This document shows, piece after piece, positions 36,848-46,837 of a DNA stretch of 64,000 bases. The notes below the pieces were generated by a model that saw only the letters and a program-made list of their open reading frames with translations, made no database searches and was not told the origin of the DNA. Origin of the DNA: Alphaproteobacteria bacterium (GTDB lineage Bacteria > Pseudomonadota > Alphaproteobacteria > SP197); NCBI GenBank assembly GCA_964291415.2, contig OZ219917.1, forward strand, positions 960,001-1,024,000. Reading direction: 5' to 3'. The translations under genes were made by a program, and so were the position numbers. The stretch's first letter is position 1. Every line of letters starts with the position of its first letter.

Positions 36848-37832
36848 ATGATTCCAGGCAGGATTACAGGCGCCATTGCCGGCGCCACGATGGCCCTTAC
36901 CTTCGCCGCCCCGGCGTTCGCCGATCATGGTGATACGGTAACGGTGGCCTATTTCCTCGAATGGCCGACCGCCAACCAGGTGGCCCAGGTCGAAAAGGAC
37001 CTATGACGAGGCGATGGGCGTCGATGTCGAATGGCGCGCCTTCGGCAACGGCAACGAGATGACCCAGGCCATGGTTTCCGGTGACGTGCAGATCGCCTAC
37101 AGCCAGGGTTTTGTACCGTTCGTGGTCGGTGTCTCCAACGGTGCTCCGCTGAAGCTGGTGGGAATTGCCGTGACCTATGCCGAGAACGATCTGTGCATCA
37201 TTCGCGAGGATGCCGGCATCACCCAGGACAATGCCACCGAACTCGAAGGCATGAAGGTGGCGACACCCATCGGCAATGTCACCCACTACAAGCTGCTGCG
37301 CACCCTTGAACATCTCGGTGTGGACGCATCGAAGGTTGACCTGGTGCAGATGAACCCGGCCGATGCCGCCGTTGCCCTGATTCGTGGCGACGTCGTCATG
37401 GGTTGTGCCTTCGGTGGCGCCATCGACCGCATGAAGGAAGTCGGCTTCCCGCTGATGACCGGAGCCGAACAGGAAGCGGTCGGCATCAACACCTTCGACA
37501 TCGTCACGGTGACCGAGGACTTTGCCAGCGAGCATCCCGACCTGGTGCAGGCCTTCATGGATGTCACCGAGGAGGCCAACAACGCCTACAAGGCTGATCC
37601 GGGCACTGCCCTGGCGACCATCGCCGGTGCCGCGGGCATGGACGAGGATGCCACCGCGTCGATGCTCGCCAACTTCGGTTTCCCGAGCGCCGCCGACCAG
37701 AAGGGAGCCAACTGGCTTGGTGGTGGCGTACAGGCCATGACCAAGGGTGTCGCCGACGTCATGGTCGGGGCGGGCAACATGGAAACGAGTCTCGACGACT
37801 ATTCACCATTCGTCGACGACAGTTTCCTTTGA
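36848..37832 (+). CDS. tauA: Taurine ABC substrate-binding protein with a +1 frameshift near 36997
   Basis: AAGGAGG RBS, signal peptide, VAYFLEWPTANQ; removing one G at 36997/8 joins it to TYDEAMGVDVEWRAF...QGFVPF (ORF 37014-37832). Confidence 0.7.
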
Positions 37833-37839
37833 GAAATCC

Positions 37840-37872
37840 GGGAACCGGGCAGCATGGCGTTGCCTGGTTCCC
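37840..37872 (+). other. Intercistronic stem-loop after tauA
   Basis: gggaaccgggca...tgcctggttccc inverted repeat. Confidence 0.5.
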
Positions 37873-37922
37873 ATCCCGCTACAGGCGGCATGGCCGGTTG
37901 TGGCGGACCTGAGGGGGTCCGG

Positions 37923-38726
37923 ATGGCAGAAACGGCGGAGATTGCGATCGACCGGATCTCCATGGTCTACACCCTGCCCGATTCCGAGGTCGACGCGCTC
38001 AACGACGTGTCTCTTGACATCGCCAAGGGCGAGATCCTGAGCGTTCTCGGACCATCAGGGTGTGGCAAGACAACCCTCCTCAACATCATCGCGGGCTTCC
38101 TTTCCCCCACCAGGGGCGAGGTTCGCATTGCCGGCACGCCGGTGAAGGGGCCAGGCGCCGAGCGTGGCATGGTGTTCCAGCAGGGAGCGCTGTTCGAATG
38201 GCTCTCCGTGGCCCAGAACATCTCCTTCGGACCGAGAATGTGCGGCAGGGACCGCGCGGAGACGGCCGACACCGTAGAGCGCCTGCTGGGTATCGTCGGT
38301 CTCGTGGAGTTTGCCGACAAGCCGGTTTACCAGCTCTCGGGTGGCATGCAGCAGCGTGTGGCGCTGGCCCGCTGCCTTGCCAACGATCCCGACGTCATTC
38401 TCATGGACGAGCCGCTGGGCGCACTCGACGCGCTGACCCGCGAGAAGATGCAGGGCCTGGTGCTCAGACTGTGGAAGGAGACCGGAAAGACCATCCTTCT
38501 CATCACCCACTCGGTGGAGGAGGCCCTCTTTCTCGGCGAGCGCCTGATCGTCATGGCGCCCCGGCCGGGGCGCATCGAGAAGGAGTTTCGCCTGCCGTTC
38601 GCCGACGAGGCGCTCGAGAAGCCGGCGCGGGACGTCAAGGCCGGCGCCGAGTTCGTGTCGGTCCGTGAGGAAGTCCTCTCCATGATCTGGGACATGGAGG
38701 AAGAGATCATGGGCGAGAACGCTTAG
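37923..38726 (+). CDS. tauB: Taurine/sulfonate ABC ATP-binding protein
   Basis: [41 protein letters not shown]. Confidence 0.8.
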   Translation: MAETAEIAIDRISMVYTLPDSEVDALNDVSLDIAKGEILSVLGPSGCGKTTLLNIIAGFLSPTRGEVRIAGTPVKGPGAERGMVFQQGALFEWLSVAQNISFGPRMCGRDRAETADTVERLLGIVGLVEFADKPVYQLSGGMQQRVALARCLANDPDVILMDEPLGALDALTREKMQGLVLRLWKETGKTILLITHSVEEALFLGERLIVMAPRPGRIEKEFRLPFADEALEKPARDVKAGAEFVSVREEVLSMIWDMEEEIMGENA

Positions 38727-38749
38727 GTCCGTCAGAAGGGAGGGGATTC

Positions 38750-39613
38750 ATGTCACGGCAAAAGCCTTCCGGCCTGGCGATCTGGCTCGGCCTGTCGGAC
38801 AATTCGTTCACCCGCCAGAAGACCGTCAAGTTCGGCGACGCCGCAGCCGTCAACTCGGGCCGGTTCTATTCGATGCTGACCCTGGCGGTTCTCATCGTGG
38901 CGTGGGTGATTGCATCCGTCTTCGACCTCGTCGAGCCCTTCTACTGGCCGTCGATTTCCGGGACCTGGGAACGCCTGATCAAGATCGTTGGCGAGGGATT
39001 CCGCAACACGGCTCTGCTCGACCATGTGGGAATCAGCGTCTACCGGGTGTTGTCCGGGGTGTTCTACGGAGCGCTGGTCGGCATTCCTCTCGGGTTCGCC
39101 ATGGGACTTTCCTCCATCGGCAGGGGCCTCTTCGATCCCGTGGTCGAGTTCATGCGCCCGATCCCGCCCCTGGCGCTGATTCCGCTCATCATCCTGTGGT
39201 TCGGCATCGACGAGTTCGCGAAGATCTTCCTGCTGTTCCTCGCCTCGCTCTTCATTATGACGATCGCCGCACGCTCCGGCGTGTCAAGCGTGCGCATCAC
39301 CAAGGTCCACGCGGCCTACTCGCTGGGCGCCTCGAAGCTGCAGATCCTGCGCCACGTGATCCTCCCCAACGCCCTGCCGGAGATCTTCACCGGGCTGAGA
39401 ACATCCATGGGGGTGTGCTGGGGCACGGTCGTTGCCGCCGAACTGGTGGCCGCCGACAAGGGGCTTGGCTCGATGATCATGATTGCCAAGAACTTCCTGC
39501 AAACCGACACCGTGGTGATCGGCATCATCCTGATCGGCATTATCGGCTACATCATCGAGCTCATCATGCGCCGCCTGGAGCAGTGGCTCATCCCGTGGCG
39601 CGGCAAGGGCTGA
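38750..39613 (+). CDS. tauC: Taurine/sulfonate ABC permease
   Basis: RPIPPLALIPL, AAYSLGAS, VAAELVAA. Confidence 0.8.
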   Translation: MSRQKPSGLAIWLGLSDNSFTRQKTVKFGDAAAVNSGRFYSMLTLAVLIVAWVIASVFDLVEPFYWPSISGTWERLIKIVGEGFRNTALLDHVGISVYRVLSGVFYGALVGIPLGFAMGLSSIGRGLFDPVVEFMRPIPPLALIPLIILWFGIDEFAKIFLLFLASLFIMTIAARSGVSSVRITKVHAAYSLGASKLQILRHVILPNALPEIFTGLRTSMGVCWGTVVAAELVAADKGLGSMIMIAKNFLQTDTVVIGIILIGIIGYIIELIMRRLEQWLIPWRGKG

Positions 39614-39679
39614 TCACCGGGATCACCCCTGCTGCCGGTGCATTCAGTCGCCGGCGGCACTCCTGGTCCCGAAGGGACC

Positions 39680-41107
39680 TCATGCAGGGCGATCCGGCGT
39701 GATCACCTTTCCGGGATTGAGCGTGTTGGCAGGATCGAGGGCCCGCTTGAGCGTCGCCATGAGGGCAAGTTCGGTGGCATCCTTGTAGGTATCCAGCTGA
39801 CGCATGCGCAGCCGGCCGATCCCGTGTTCGGCGCTGAACGAGCCACCGCAGGCGACGGCGAGCGATTCAACGATGTCGTTGACGTCTTCGGCGCGCGAGA
39901 GGAGTGCGTCGCCGTCATCGGGGTTCGCGGCACAGAGGTTGACATGCATGTTGCCGTCACCGAGATGCCCGTAGGGGACGAGCCGGGCCTCGGGCACCCT
40001 GGCGGCAATCTCATCGCTGACCTGTTCGAGATAGTCGGCAATGGAACCTGCGGGAACGGCGACATCGTGACTGATGCTGCCGCTCATCATCGTCTGGGCC
40101 TGCGGCATGTCCTCGCGTATCTGCCAGAATGCCCGGGCCTGTGCTGTCGACTCCGCGATGATGGCATCGGCCAGCAGCCCCTCGTCGATTCCCCTGGCCA
40201 GTTCGTCCTCGACCACCCTCCGCAAGTCGCCATCCGGCGCGCCCGAAGCGGCTTCCATGAGGACGCAGGCGGGGTACTCGGTCGGGAACGGTGACCGGTT
40301 GACGGGAAGTTGCGAGAAGGTCATCTCAAGGGCGCTTGCCGACATGTACTCGAACCCCGTCACCTGGCCACCGGTGCCGTCCTGGAGGCGCTGAAGCATG
40401 GCCAGGGCCTCGCGGGGACCGGCCAGCCCGAGCCATGCGGTGACTTCGTCGCGCGGCAGCGGCCAGAGCTTCAGGACCGCGGCGGTGATGATGCCGAGGG
40501 TTCCCTCGGTACCGAGGAAGAGCTGCTTGAGGTCGTACCCTGTGTTGTCCTTGCGCAGGCCCTTGAGACCGTTCCAGATGCGCCCGTCGGCGAGCACGAC
40601 TTCGAGACCGAGAACATGGTCCCTGGCATTGCCGTAGCGCAGGACGTTGGTGCCGCCGGCATTGGTCGAAAGCGTGCCGCCCACGCGGCAGCTTCCCTCG
40701 GCGGCAAGGCTGAGCGGGTAGAGCCGGTCAGCGTCGCGCGCCGCCTGCTGGACGTCCTGGAGAATGCAGCCCGCGTCGACCGTGATGGTGTTGTTCTGCG
40801 GATCGATGCCACGCACCCTCGTCATGCGATTGACGCTGAGAATGACCTCCTGGCCGCTGTTGTCGGGGATGCCGCCCCCCACCAGGCCCGTGTTGCCTGC
40901 CTGCGGCACGATTCCGATGCCGGCGTCGGCGCAGGTGCTGACGATTGCCGAGACTTCTTCCACGCTGGCCGGGCGCATGACGATCGGCGCGGCGCCCGAC
41001 CACTTCTTGCGCCAGTCGCGGAGATAGGGCGCGATGTCGTGCGCCTCGGCAAGCCAGCCGGCCGGCCCGGTGATCGCCTTGAGTTGTTCCAGGACGGCGA
41101 GATTCAT
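39680..41107 (-). CDS. FAD-binding oxidoreductase, GlcD/D-2-hydroxyacid dehydrogenase family
   Basis: GNTGLVGG, STNAGG..VLRYG, LRKDNTGYDL, GHLGDGNMH, SAEHGIG, LNPGK; ATG overlaps the cysQ stop. Confidence 0.88.
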   Translation of the reverse strand: MNLAVLEQLKAITGPAGWLAEAHDIAPYLRDWRKKWSGAAPIVMRPASVEEVSAIVSTCADAGIGIVPQAGNTGLVGGGIPDNSGQEVILSVNRMTRVRGIDPQNNTITVDAGCILQDVQQAARDADRLYPLSLAAEGSCRVGGTLSTNAGGTNVLRYGNARDHVLGLEVVLADGRIWNGLKGLRKDNTGYDLKQLFLGTEGTLGIITAAVLKLWPLPRDEVTAWLGLAGPREALAMLQRLQDGTGGQVTGFEYMSASALEMTFSQLPVNRSPFPTEYPACVLMEAASGAPDGDLRRVVEDELARGIDEGLLADAIIAESTAQARAFWQIREDMPQAQTMMSGSISHDVAVPAGSIADYLEQVSDEIAARVPEARLVPYGHLGDGNMHVNLCAANPDDGDALLSRAEDVNDIVESLAVACGGSFSAEHGIGRLRMRQLDTYKDATELALMATLKRALDPANTLNPGKVITPDRPA

Positions 41108-41865
41108 GACGGCGCGCTGCCCCACGCCACGAAGGGCGGGTTGACGAACCCCGGCTTGCCATAGAGGAACGCGCTTCCATCCGGTTCCGTCACCGCACCT
41201 CCGGCGGCCTCGAGGATGCCGTGGCCGGCCGCGGTATCCCACTCCATGGTGCGGCCGAAGCGCGGGTAGACATCGGCCCTGCCTTCGGCCAGGAGGCAGA
41301 ACTTGAGCGAACTGCCGCCGATGATCTCGTCGGTGACGGGCAGGGATTCCAGAAAGGCCTCGGAGGCCCTGTCCCTGTGCGAGCGACTCATGGCTGCGGT
41401 CATGCCTCCTTCGGGTGGTTGTCTGCTGTGAATGGCGACCATTTCTCCGCCGGTCCGTCGACACCAGGACCGCGTGCCGTCGCTGGCATAGATGAGGTCC
41501 CTTGCGGGAGCGCCGACAACGGCCAGCGTCACCCGGCGTTTCTCGACGAGCGCGATGTTGACGGTGAATTCGCCGTTGCCGCCAAGAAACTCCTTCGTTC
41601 CGTCCAGAGGATCGACGAGCCAGAATTGCGTCCCCGCCTCCCCGGCCGGCGTCCGGCCGGCCATCATCTCCTCGGCGATCACCGGAATGCCCGGCGTGAG
41701 CCGGTTGAGGGCCGCGACGATCAGGGCCTCGGCAGCCTCGTCGGCGTCCGTGACCGGGGATCGGTCCGCCTTCAGCCGCGCGCCGGCGCGGCCATGGTGA
41801 TCCATGATGACGGAGCCGGCTCTCTCTGCGACGGCCACCAGTTCGTCAAGAACGCCCGTCGACAT
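41104..41865 (-). CDS. cysQ: 3'(2'),5'-bisphosphate nucleotidase
   Basis: K.DRSPVT.AD, VDPLDGTKEF...EFTVNIAL, SRSH, GSSLKFC, EWDTAAG. Confidence 0.9.
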   Translation of the reverse strand: MSTGVLDELVAVAERAGSVIMDHHGRAGARLKADRSPVTDADEAAEALIVAALNRLTPGIPVIAEEMMAGRTPAGEAGTQFWLVDPLDGTKEFLGGNGEFTVNIALVEKRRVTLAVVGAPARDLIYASDGTRSWCRRTGGEMVAIHSRQPPEGGMTAAMSRSHRDRASEAFLESLPVTDEIIGGSSLKFCLLAEGRADVYPRFGRTMEWDTAAGHGILEAAGGAVTEPDGSAFLYGKPGFVNPPFVAWGSAPS

Positions 41866-42461
41866 CAGGAGGCATTCCGTTCGCCTGGATCATCGGGCGG
41901 AAGCCAGCCGAATCCGGCACCGGGTTCGGCCAGATAGGCCTCCTCGTCGGCTGTCGAGACCCGTCCCAGCATCCTGTTGCGGTGAGGGAAACGGCCGTAT
42001 CGCCTGATGACGTCGCGATGGGCTTCCGCGAAATGCAGCGAACGAGGATCATCCAGGGTGGCGAAGAGACGGACGCTCCGGTCCTGGACGGCGGGATCCT
42101 CGGAATGTTCGAACGGAAGGTAGACAAACTTGCGTTCAACGGCTTCAAGCCCGTCGGCATGTCCGCCGTCGACCGTTTCCGTCGCCAGTGCCAGAGCCGC
42201 GTCATCCGTCGAGAAGGCGGCGGCCTTGCCGCGGTAGATGTTCCGCGGAAACTGGTCGAGCACGATGATGGCGGCAAGCCGTCCGCGCGGCGTGGCGCGC
42301 CATGATGGCGGGACACCCTCCCGTCCCAGGCGGGCGTGCAATCCGCCGAACCTCCGGGCAATGGTCTCATCGAGGTCATCGCCGGGTTGGAACCACTCCT
42401 CCGGCGTCAACTGGTTGAACCAGAAATCGAGAACCTCTCCAGCTTCATCGGGAAGTGACAT
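41865..42461 (-). CDS. DUF924-family protein
   Basis: VLDFWF, IIVLDQFPRNIYR, YLPFEHSED, RYGRFPHRN..LGR. Confidence 0.88.
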   Translation of the reverse strand: MSLPDEAGEVLDFWFNQLTPEEWFQPGDDLDETIARRFGGLHARLGREGVPPSWRATPRGRLAAIIVLDQFPRNIYRGKAAAFSTDDAALALATETVDGGHADGLEAVERKFVYLPFEHSEDPAVQDRSVRLFATLDDPRSLHFAEAHRDVIRRYGRFPHRNRMLGRVSTADEEAYLAEPGAGFGWLPPDDPGERNAS

Positions 42462-42464
42462 CGC

Positions 42465-44426
42465 TCAGATCTCCGCAGCTGCCTTGAGCCCCTCGAGAAC
42501 AGCCTCCTCGGCGGTTCTGGGGGCAAGGCAATCCCCGACAAGGTGAAGCTCTCCCGTCCAGTCCTCCAGCTCATCGGCAAGGTCGGTCACGGAATGATGG
42601 CCGAGAGCTGTGACGAGCGTGTCGACGTCCTCGACGATCATCGCCTCACCACTGGTGGCGTGTTGCAGGTAGACACTGTCGGCATCGGCGCCGAAGAGGC
42701 GGGCATAGGGAATGACCTTCACTCCCAGTTTCTGGAGGATGCCGGCCCAGTGGTCGCGGACGTACATCTGGATCGTCTGGCCGGGCATGTACCCGTCGAC
42801 CGCCAGGGTGACGTTGCAGCCGTTGCGCGCGAGGTGTTCGGCAAGGCCGAGGCCGATCCAGTCGCACCGCCAGTCGGCGATCACCACGTTGCCGCCTACA
42901 TTCGCCTCGCCCTTGACTACGGACCAGGCCTCGACGACATGGGCCTCGTCGCCTCCCTCGACGTCGACCGGCGCCGGCACGGCTCCGGTGGCGACGACGA
43001 CCACGTCGGGAGCCTCCTTGTCCACCAGTTCGCGTGTCACCTTGCGGTTCCGGATGACCTCGACGCCGGCCAGCTCCATTTCCCTGGAGAGATTGGTGAC
43101 GATGCCGCCGAATTCGGCGCGGCCGGGCAATGACTGCGCCAGCAGCGTCTGTCCGCCCAGGCGGTCTGTTGCTTCAAAGAGTGTCACCCGATGGCCGCGC
43201 TCCGCGGCCACCGCTGCCGCCTTCATGCCACCGGGTCCGCCTCCCGCCACCAGGACCTTCTTCACGCCGGCGGCCGGCTTGCGTTCGCCGTAGACGAGCT
43301 CGCGGCCTGATTCGGGATGCTGGATGCACGAGATGCCGACCCCCATGTGCATGTGACCGATGCAGGCCTGGTTGCACGCAATGCAGGCGCGGATGTCGTC
43401 GACACGGCCCTCCCGGGCCTTGTTGGCCAGCTGCGGGTCACAGATCTGTGCCCGCGTCATGCCCACCATGTCGGCCTGACCGCTGGCGACAACTTCCTCG
43501 GCCTGGTGAGGCTGGTTGATCCTGCCGGCCACGAACACCGGAACCGACACCTTCTGGCGGATGGTGGCGGCATAGGGCGCCACGTAGGCATTGTCGATGA
43601 ACATCGGCGGTACGATGTGAACGGAACCGCCGAGCGACGACGACGAACCGGCGATGACATTGAAGTAGTCGAGGCCGCCGCCTGAATCGAGCATGCCGAT
43701 GGCTGCGGTCACCGTCTCCACGTCGGGACCGTCATGGGAATGCTCGTCGCCGGTGATCCTCAGGCCCACGACATAGTCGCTGCCCACCTTGGCGCGGATG
43801 TTGGCGACGACGTCCCTCAGAAAACGCACGCGGTTCTCCAGGGTTCCGCCGTACTCGTCCTCGCGCACGTTGACCCGGGGATTGAGAAACTGCGCCGGCA
43901 GATATCCGTGGCTGGCGACAATCTCGACGCCGTCGAGTCCGCCTTCCCGGAGCCGGACGGCGGCGTCGCCATAGCCGTCGATCACGTCGTGGATCATGGC
44001 GCGCGGCATGGCTCGGGGCATGATGTGAAAGCGTTCGTTGGGCACCGAGGACGGCGCCCAGGCGACCGGCGCACTGCCATCGATCGAATCGAATATCTCG
44101 CGGCCCGGATGAAAGAGCTGCCCGAAGACACGGCAGTCATGACGGTGCACGCGGCGTGCAATGTTCCGGTAGCCGGGGATGCAGTCATCGGTGTGGGCCG
44201 TGATGGTGTGGGATGTGTAGACCGCCGAGCCGTGGATCAGCGCCACCTCGATGATCACCAGCCCGGCCCCGCCCCTGGCGCGGGACTCGTGGTAGGCCGC
44301 AAGTTCCTCGTTGGGCTTGTAGCCGGTGACGAGCGTCGTCATGTGACCGGTGGAAAAGATCCGGTTCCTGAAGGTCACATCCCTGATGGAAAGCGGCGAA
44401 AAGAGATTCGGGAACATGGTGGACAT
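42465..44426 (-). CDS. NADH:flavin oxidoreductase (old yellow enzyme barrel + 4Fe-4S + FAD domain; DgcA/TMADH-like architecture)
   Basis: PNLFSPL, RARGGAGL, HGYLPAQF, N.R.DEYGG..ENR, CIACNQAC...C, GGGPGG. Confidence 0.85.
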   Translation of the reverse strand: MSTMFPNLFSPLSIRDVTFRNRIFSTGHMTTLVTGYKPNEELAAYHESRARGGAGLVIIEVALIHGSAVYTSHTITAHTDDCIPGYRNIARRVHRHDCRVFGQLFHPGREIFDSIDGSAPVAWAPSSVPNERFHIMPRAMPRAMIHDVIDGYGDAAVRLREGGLDGVEIVASHGYLPAQFLNPRVNVREDEYGGTLENRVRFLRDVVANIRAKVGSDYVVGLRITGDEHSHDGPDVETVTAAIGMLDSGGGLDYFNVIAGSSSSLGGSVHIVPPMFIDNAYVAPYAATIRQKVSVPVFVAGRINQPHQAEEVVASGQADMVGMTRAQICDPQLANKAREGRVDDIRACIACNQACIGHMHMGVGISCIQHPESGRELVYGERKPAAGVKKVLVAGGGPGGMKAAAVAAERGHRVTLFEATDRLGGQTLLAQSLPGRAEFGGIVTNLSREMELAGVEVIRNRKVTRELVDKEAPDVVVVATGAVPAPVDVEGGDEAHVVEAWSVVKGEANVGGNVVIADWRCDWIGLGLAEHLARNGCNVTLAVDGYMPGQTIQMYVRDHWAGILQKLGVKVIPYARLFGADADSVYLQHATSGEAMIVEDVDTLVTALGHHSVTDLADELEDWTGELHLVGDCLAPRTAEEAVLEGLKAAAEI

Positions 44427-44667
44427 GGGGATCTCCGGCGAGCCAGCGGATACATAGCAAACATCAAGGGCTTCGGCGAGACGCACTCCGCCTGGGGGGA
44501 TTGGTCCCGACAGGCGAGCAGGAGGCAACTCCTTTTCCGGTGCCTCGCCGGCGCTCTTGCCAAAATGGCCGAACGGGGGCTGCAAGCCACCACAGCGACC
44601 AGCAGGTTTGCATCCGCCTCATTTCTCACATGACACGAACAGGAACTGCCCGTCCGGGTGATCTGGA

Positions 44668-45334
44668 TCAGCTGGAATGGACGATGACTCCGTTCATCAT
44701 CACCGGCCTGGAGCAGGACTGACGGTTCGCCGGCAAGTACATCGCGGTCGAGCACGACGAGATCGGCGGCCAGACCGGATTTCGGCATACCGGTGCGGTT
44801 CTACAGCCACGCCGCCCAGGCCGATTCGCGCGTTCCGTGCACGATGGTCTGTTCCACCGGCAGTGCCCAGTCGGGCCTGAGTGCCGGGAGGGTGTCGTCG
44901 GAGGGCGACTTTCGCGTGGATGCCAGGTACATGTTCGGCAGCGCTTCATGGGGTGCGGTAGGCGCGTCGGTGCCAAAGGCAAGAGCGGCTCCGGCAGCGA
45001 GATACAACGGCCAGGCGAAGCCGCGACTGGCGCGCTCGGGGCCCAACACCTCGAGCCAGTGATCGAGTATCGCGGGGTCCAGGTGGACCGGCTGCATCGA
45101 TGCGGTGACGCCTGCCCGTCGTGCGGTTCAAGCGCACGATCTTTCCACCAACCGGGTCCGGTGTGTTGTTGTCGATTCCGACTTCGGCAAGGGCCGCGGA
45201 GTTCACCCATGACGAGTGAAAGTCGCACGCATCGAGGTAGACCGGCCGGTCCGGCACGAACCTGTCCAGCATCTGCCTGGTGGGCGTTGCGTCGGGGACG
45301 TCCGGCCCCCGGTGATCAGCCTTCTCCTGGTCAT
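44668..45334 (-). pseudogene. Heavily deleted amidohydrolase (YtcJ/Amidohydro_3-like) relic
   Basis: Fragments in order: MTRRRLITGGR / RQMLDRFVPDRPVYL..DFHSSWVNSAAL...PDPVGGKIVR / MQPVH...FGTDAP..P / stop / G..ADLVVLDRD / VMMNGVIV; only ~670 bp in total. Confidence 0.75.
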
Positions 45335-45503
45335 CTTCTTTCGCTCCGCTGCAGGACCACCCGGTCCCGGCAACCTGCCGTAGCCGTCACGATTCGCCGC
45401 GCTCCGCTCCCGTCTCGTCGAAAGGTGGTGAGGATGGATTGAGGCTGTGCCAGTGTAGACAGATCCACATCAGTCTGCCGAAAGAGGCCGGAGGAGGGAC
45501 GCC

Positions 45504-46829
45504 ATGGTGACACGCAGCAACACGGCCCGGAAAGCCGATCTCGAAAAGGCGGTTGCGGACTCCTTTTCCAGGTATGCCGCGCGCAATCCGCGAAGCCGGG
45601 AAGAAGACCTGAAGGCCGCCGACTACATGCCGGGCGGCAACACCCGCACTTCAATTTTCCATCCTCCCTTCCCGCTGACCATCGCCAGGGGTGAAGGCCA
45701 GTATGTCGAGGACATCGACCAGAACAGATACACGAACTTTGTCGGCGAGTTCGGCGCCGGACTCTTCGGACATTCCAATCCCGACATCGCCGCCGCCATA
45801 GGACGTGCGGTCTCGGACGGCTGGGTGCTCGGCGGTCCCAACCGCTACGAGCGCATTCTTGCCGCCGAACTGGTCAATCGCTTCCCGTCCATCGACAGGA
45901 TCCGGTTCACCAACTCGGGCACCGAGGCCAACATGATGGCCATCAGCATCTCCCGGGTGGTCTCCGGACGATCGAAGGTGATGGTGTTCGAGGGCGCCTA
46001 TCACGGCGGCGTCTTCCTGTTCAGTCACGGCGGGTCCCCCATCAACGCGCCCTTCGACTATGTCATGGCACCCTTCAACAACACGCAGGCGACCGTCGAC
46101 CTTGTCGAACGTCATGCCGATGACCTCGCCTGCGTCGTCATCGAGCCGATACAGGGATCGGGCGGCATGATCCCGGCAGACAGGGATTTCCTCGAGGCCT
46201 TGCGGGACGTCACCCACCGTCACGGCGTGATCCTCATCTTCGACGAGGTCGTGACAAGCCGGCTCTCGGGCGGCGGGCTCCAGGAAGTTCTCGGCGTGAC
46301 ACCCGACATGACGACCCTGGGCAAGTACATCGGCGGTGGCGCCGCCTTCGGCGCCTTTGGTGGACGCGCCGACATCATGGCGCATTTCGATCCCAGATCG
46401 CCTGAGGCAGTGGCCCATGCCGGCACCTTCAACAACAACGTCATCACCCACGCCGCCGGAGCGACGGCGATGACGCGGATCTACACGCCGGAGATCGCCG
46501 GGACGTTCAATGCCCGGGGCGACGCATTCCGGGAGGATCTGAACGCCATCATTCGCCGCCATCGCCTGCCCATGGTGGTGACCGGCCTTGGCTCCATCAT
46601 GCAGATCCACTGTTGCGAAGGACCGTTGAGAAACGAGCACGACGCCGAAAGAGACGACGACCTCAAGTCACAACTCCTCTTCCACGAACTCCTCGCACGG
46701 GGTCAGCGCATGACCTGGCGCAACTCACTGCTTCTGTGCCTGCCCATGACCGACAGCGATCTCCGGGGTTTCTGCGAGGCCTTCACTGACGTTCTCGGTG
46801 AACACAGCCATCTCTTCGCCATGGACTGA
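45504..46829 (+). CDS. Class III PLP aminotransferase (GSA-aminomutase-like, probably a beta/omega-amino acid transaminase)
   Basis: MPGGNTR, FTNSGTEA, GAYHG, LIFDEV, LGKYIGGG, HAGTFNNN. Confidence 0.8.
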   Translation: MVTRSNTARKADLEKAVADSFSRYAARNPRSREEDLKAADYMPGGNTRTSIFHPPFPLTIARGEGQYVEDIDQNRYTNFVGEFGAGLFGHSNPDIAAAIGRAVSDGWVLGGPNRYERILAAELVNRFPSIDRIRFTNSGTEANMMAISISRVVSGRSKVMVFEGAYHGGVFLFSHGGSPINAPFDYVMAPFNNTQATVDLVERHADDLACVVIEPIQGSGGMIPADRDFLEALRDVTHRHGVILIFDEVVTSRLSGGGLQEVLGVTPDMTTLGKYIGGGAAFGAFGGRADIMAHFDPRSPEAVAHAGTFNNNVITHAAGATAMTRIYTPEIAGTFNARGDAFREDLNAIIRRHRLPMVVTGLGSIMQIHCCEGPLRNEHDAERDDDLKSQLLFHELLARGQRMTWRNSLLLCLPMTDSDLRGFCEAFTDVLGEHSHLFAMD

Positions 46830-46837
46830 AGCGCGGG

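Noticed and set aside
36990-37005. Programmed ribosomal frameshift at GAAAAGG in tauA
   Set aside because: Not a canonical X XXY YYZ heptamer; a second single-base insertion nearby favours error or mutation.
45504-46829. Calling the aminotransferase hemL or ectB
   Set aside because: MPGGNTR and GTFNNN differ from HemL PGGVNSP and GT(L/F)SGNP; there is no ectA linkage, and it is 25 kb from the EctC-like gene.
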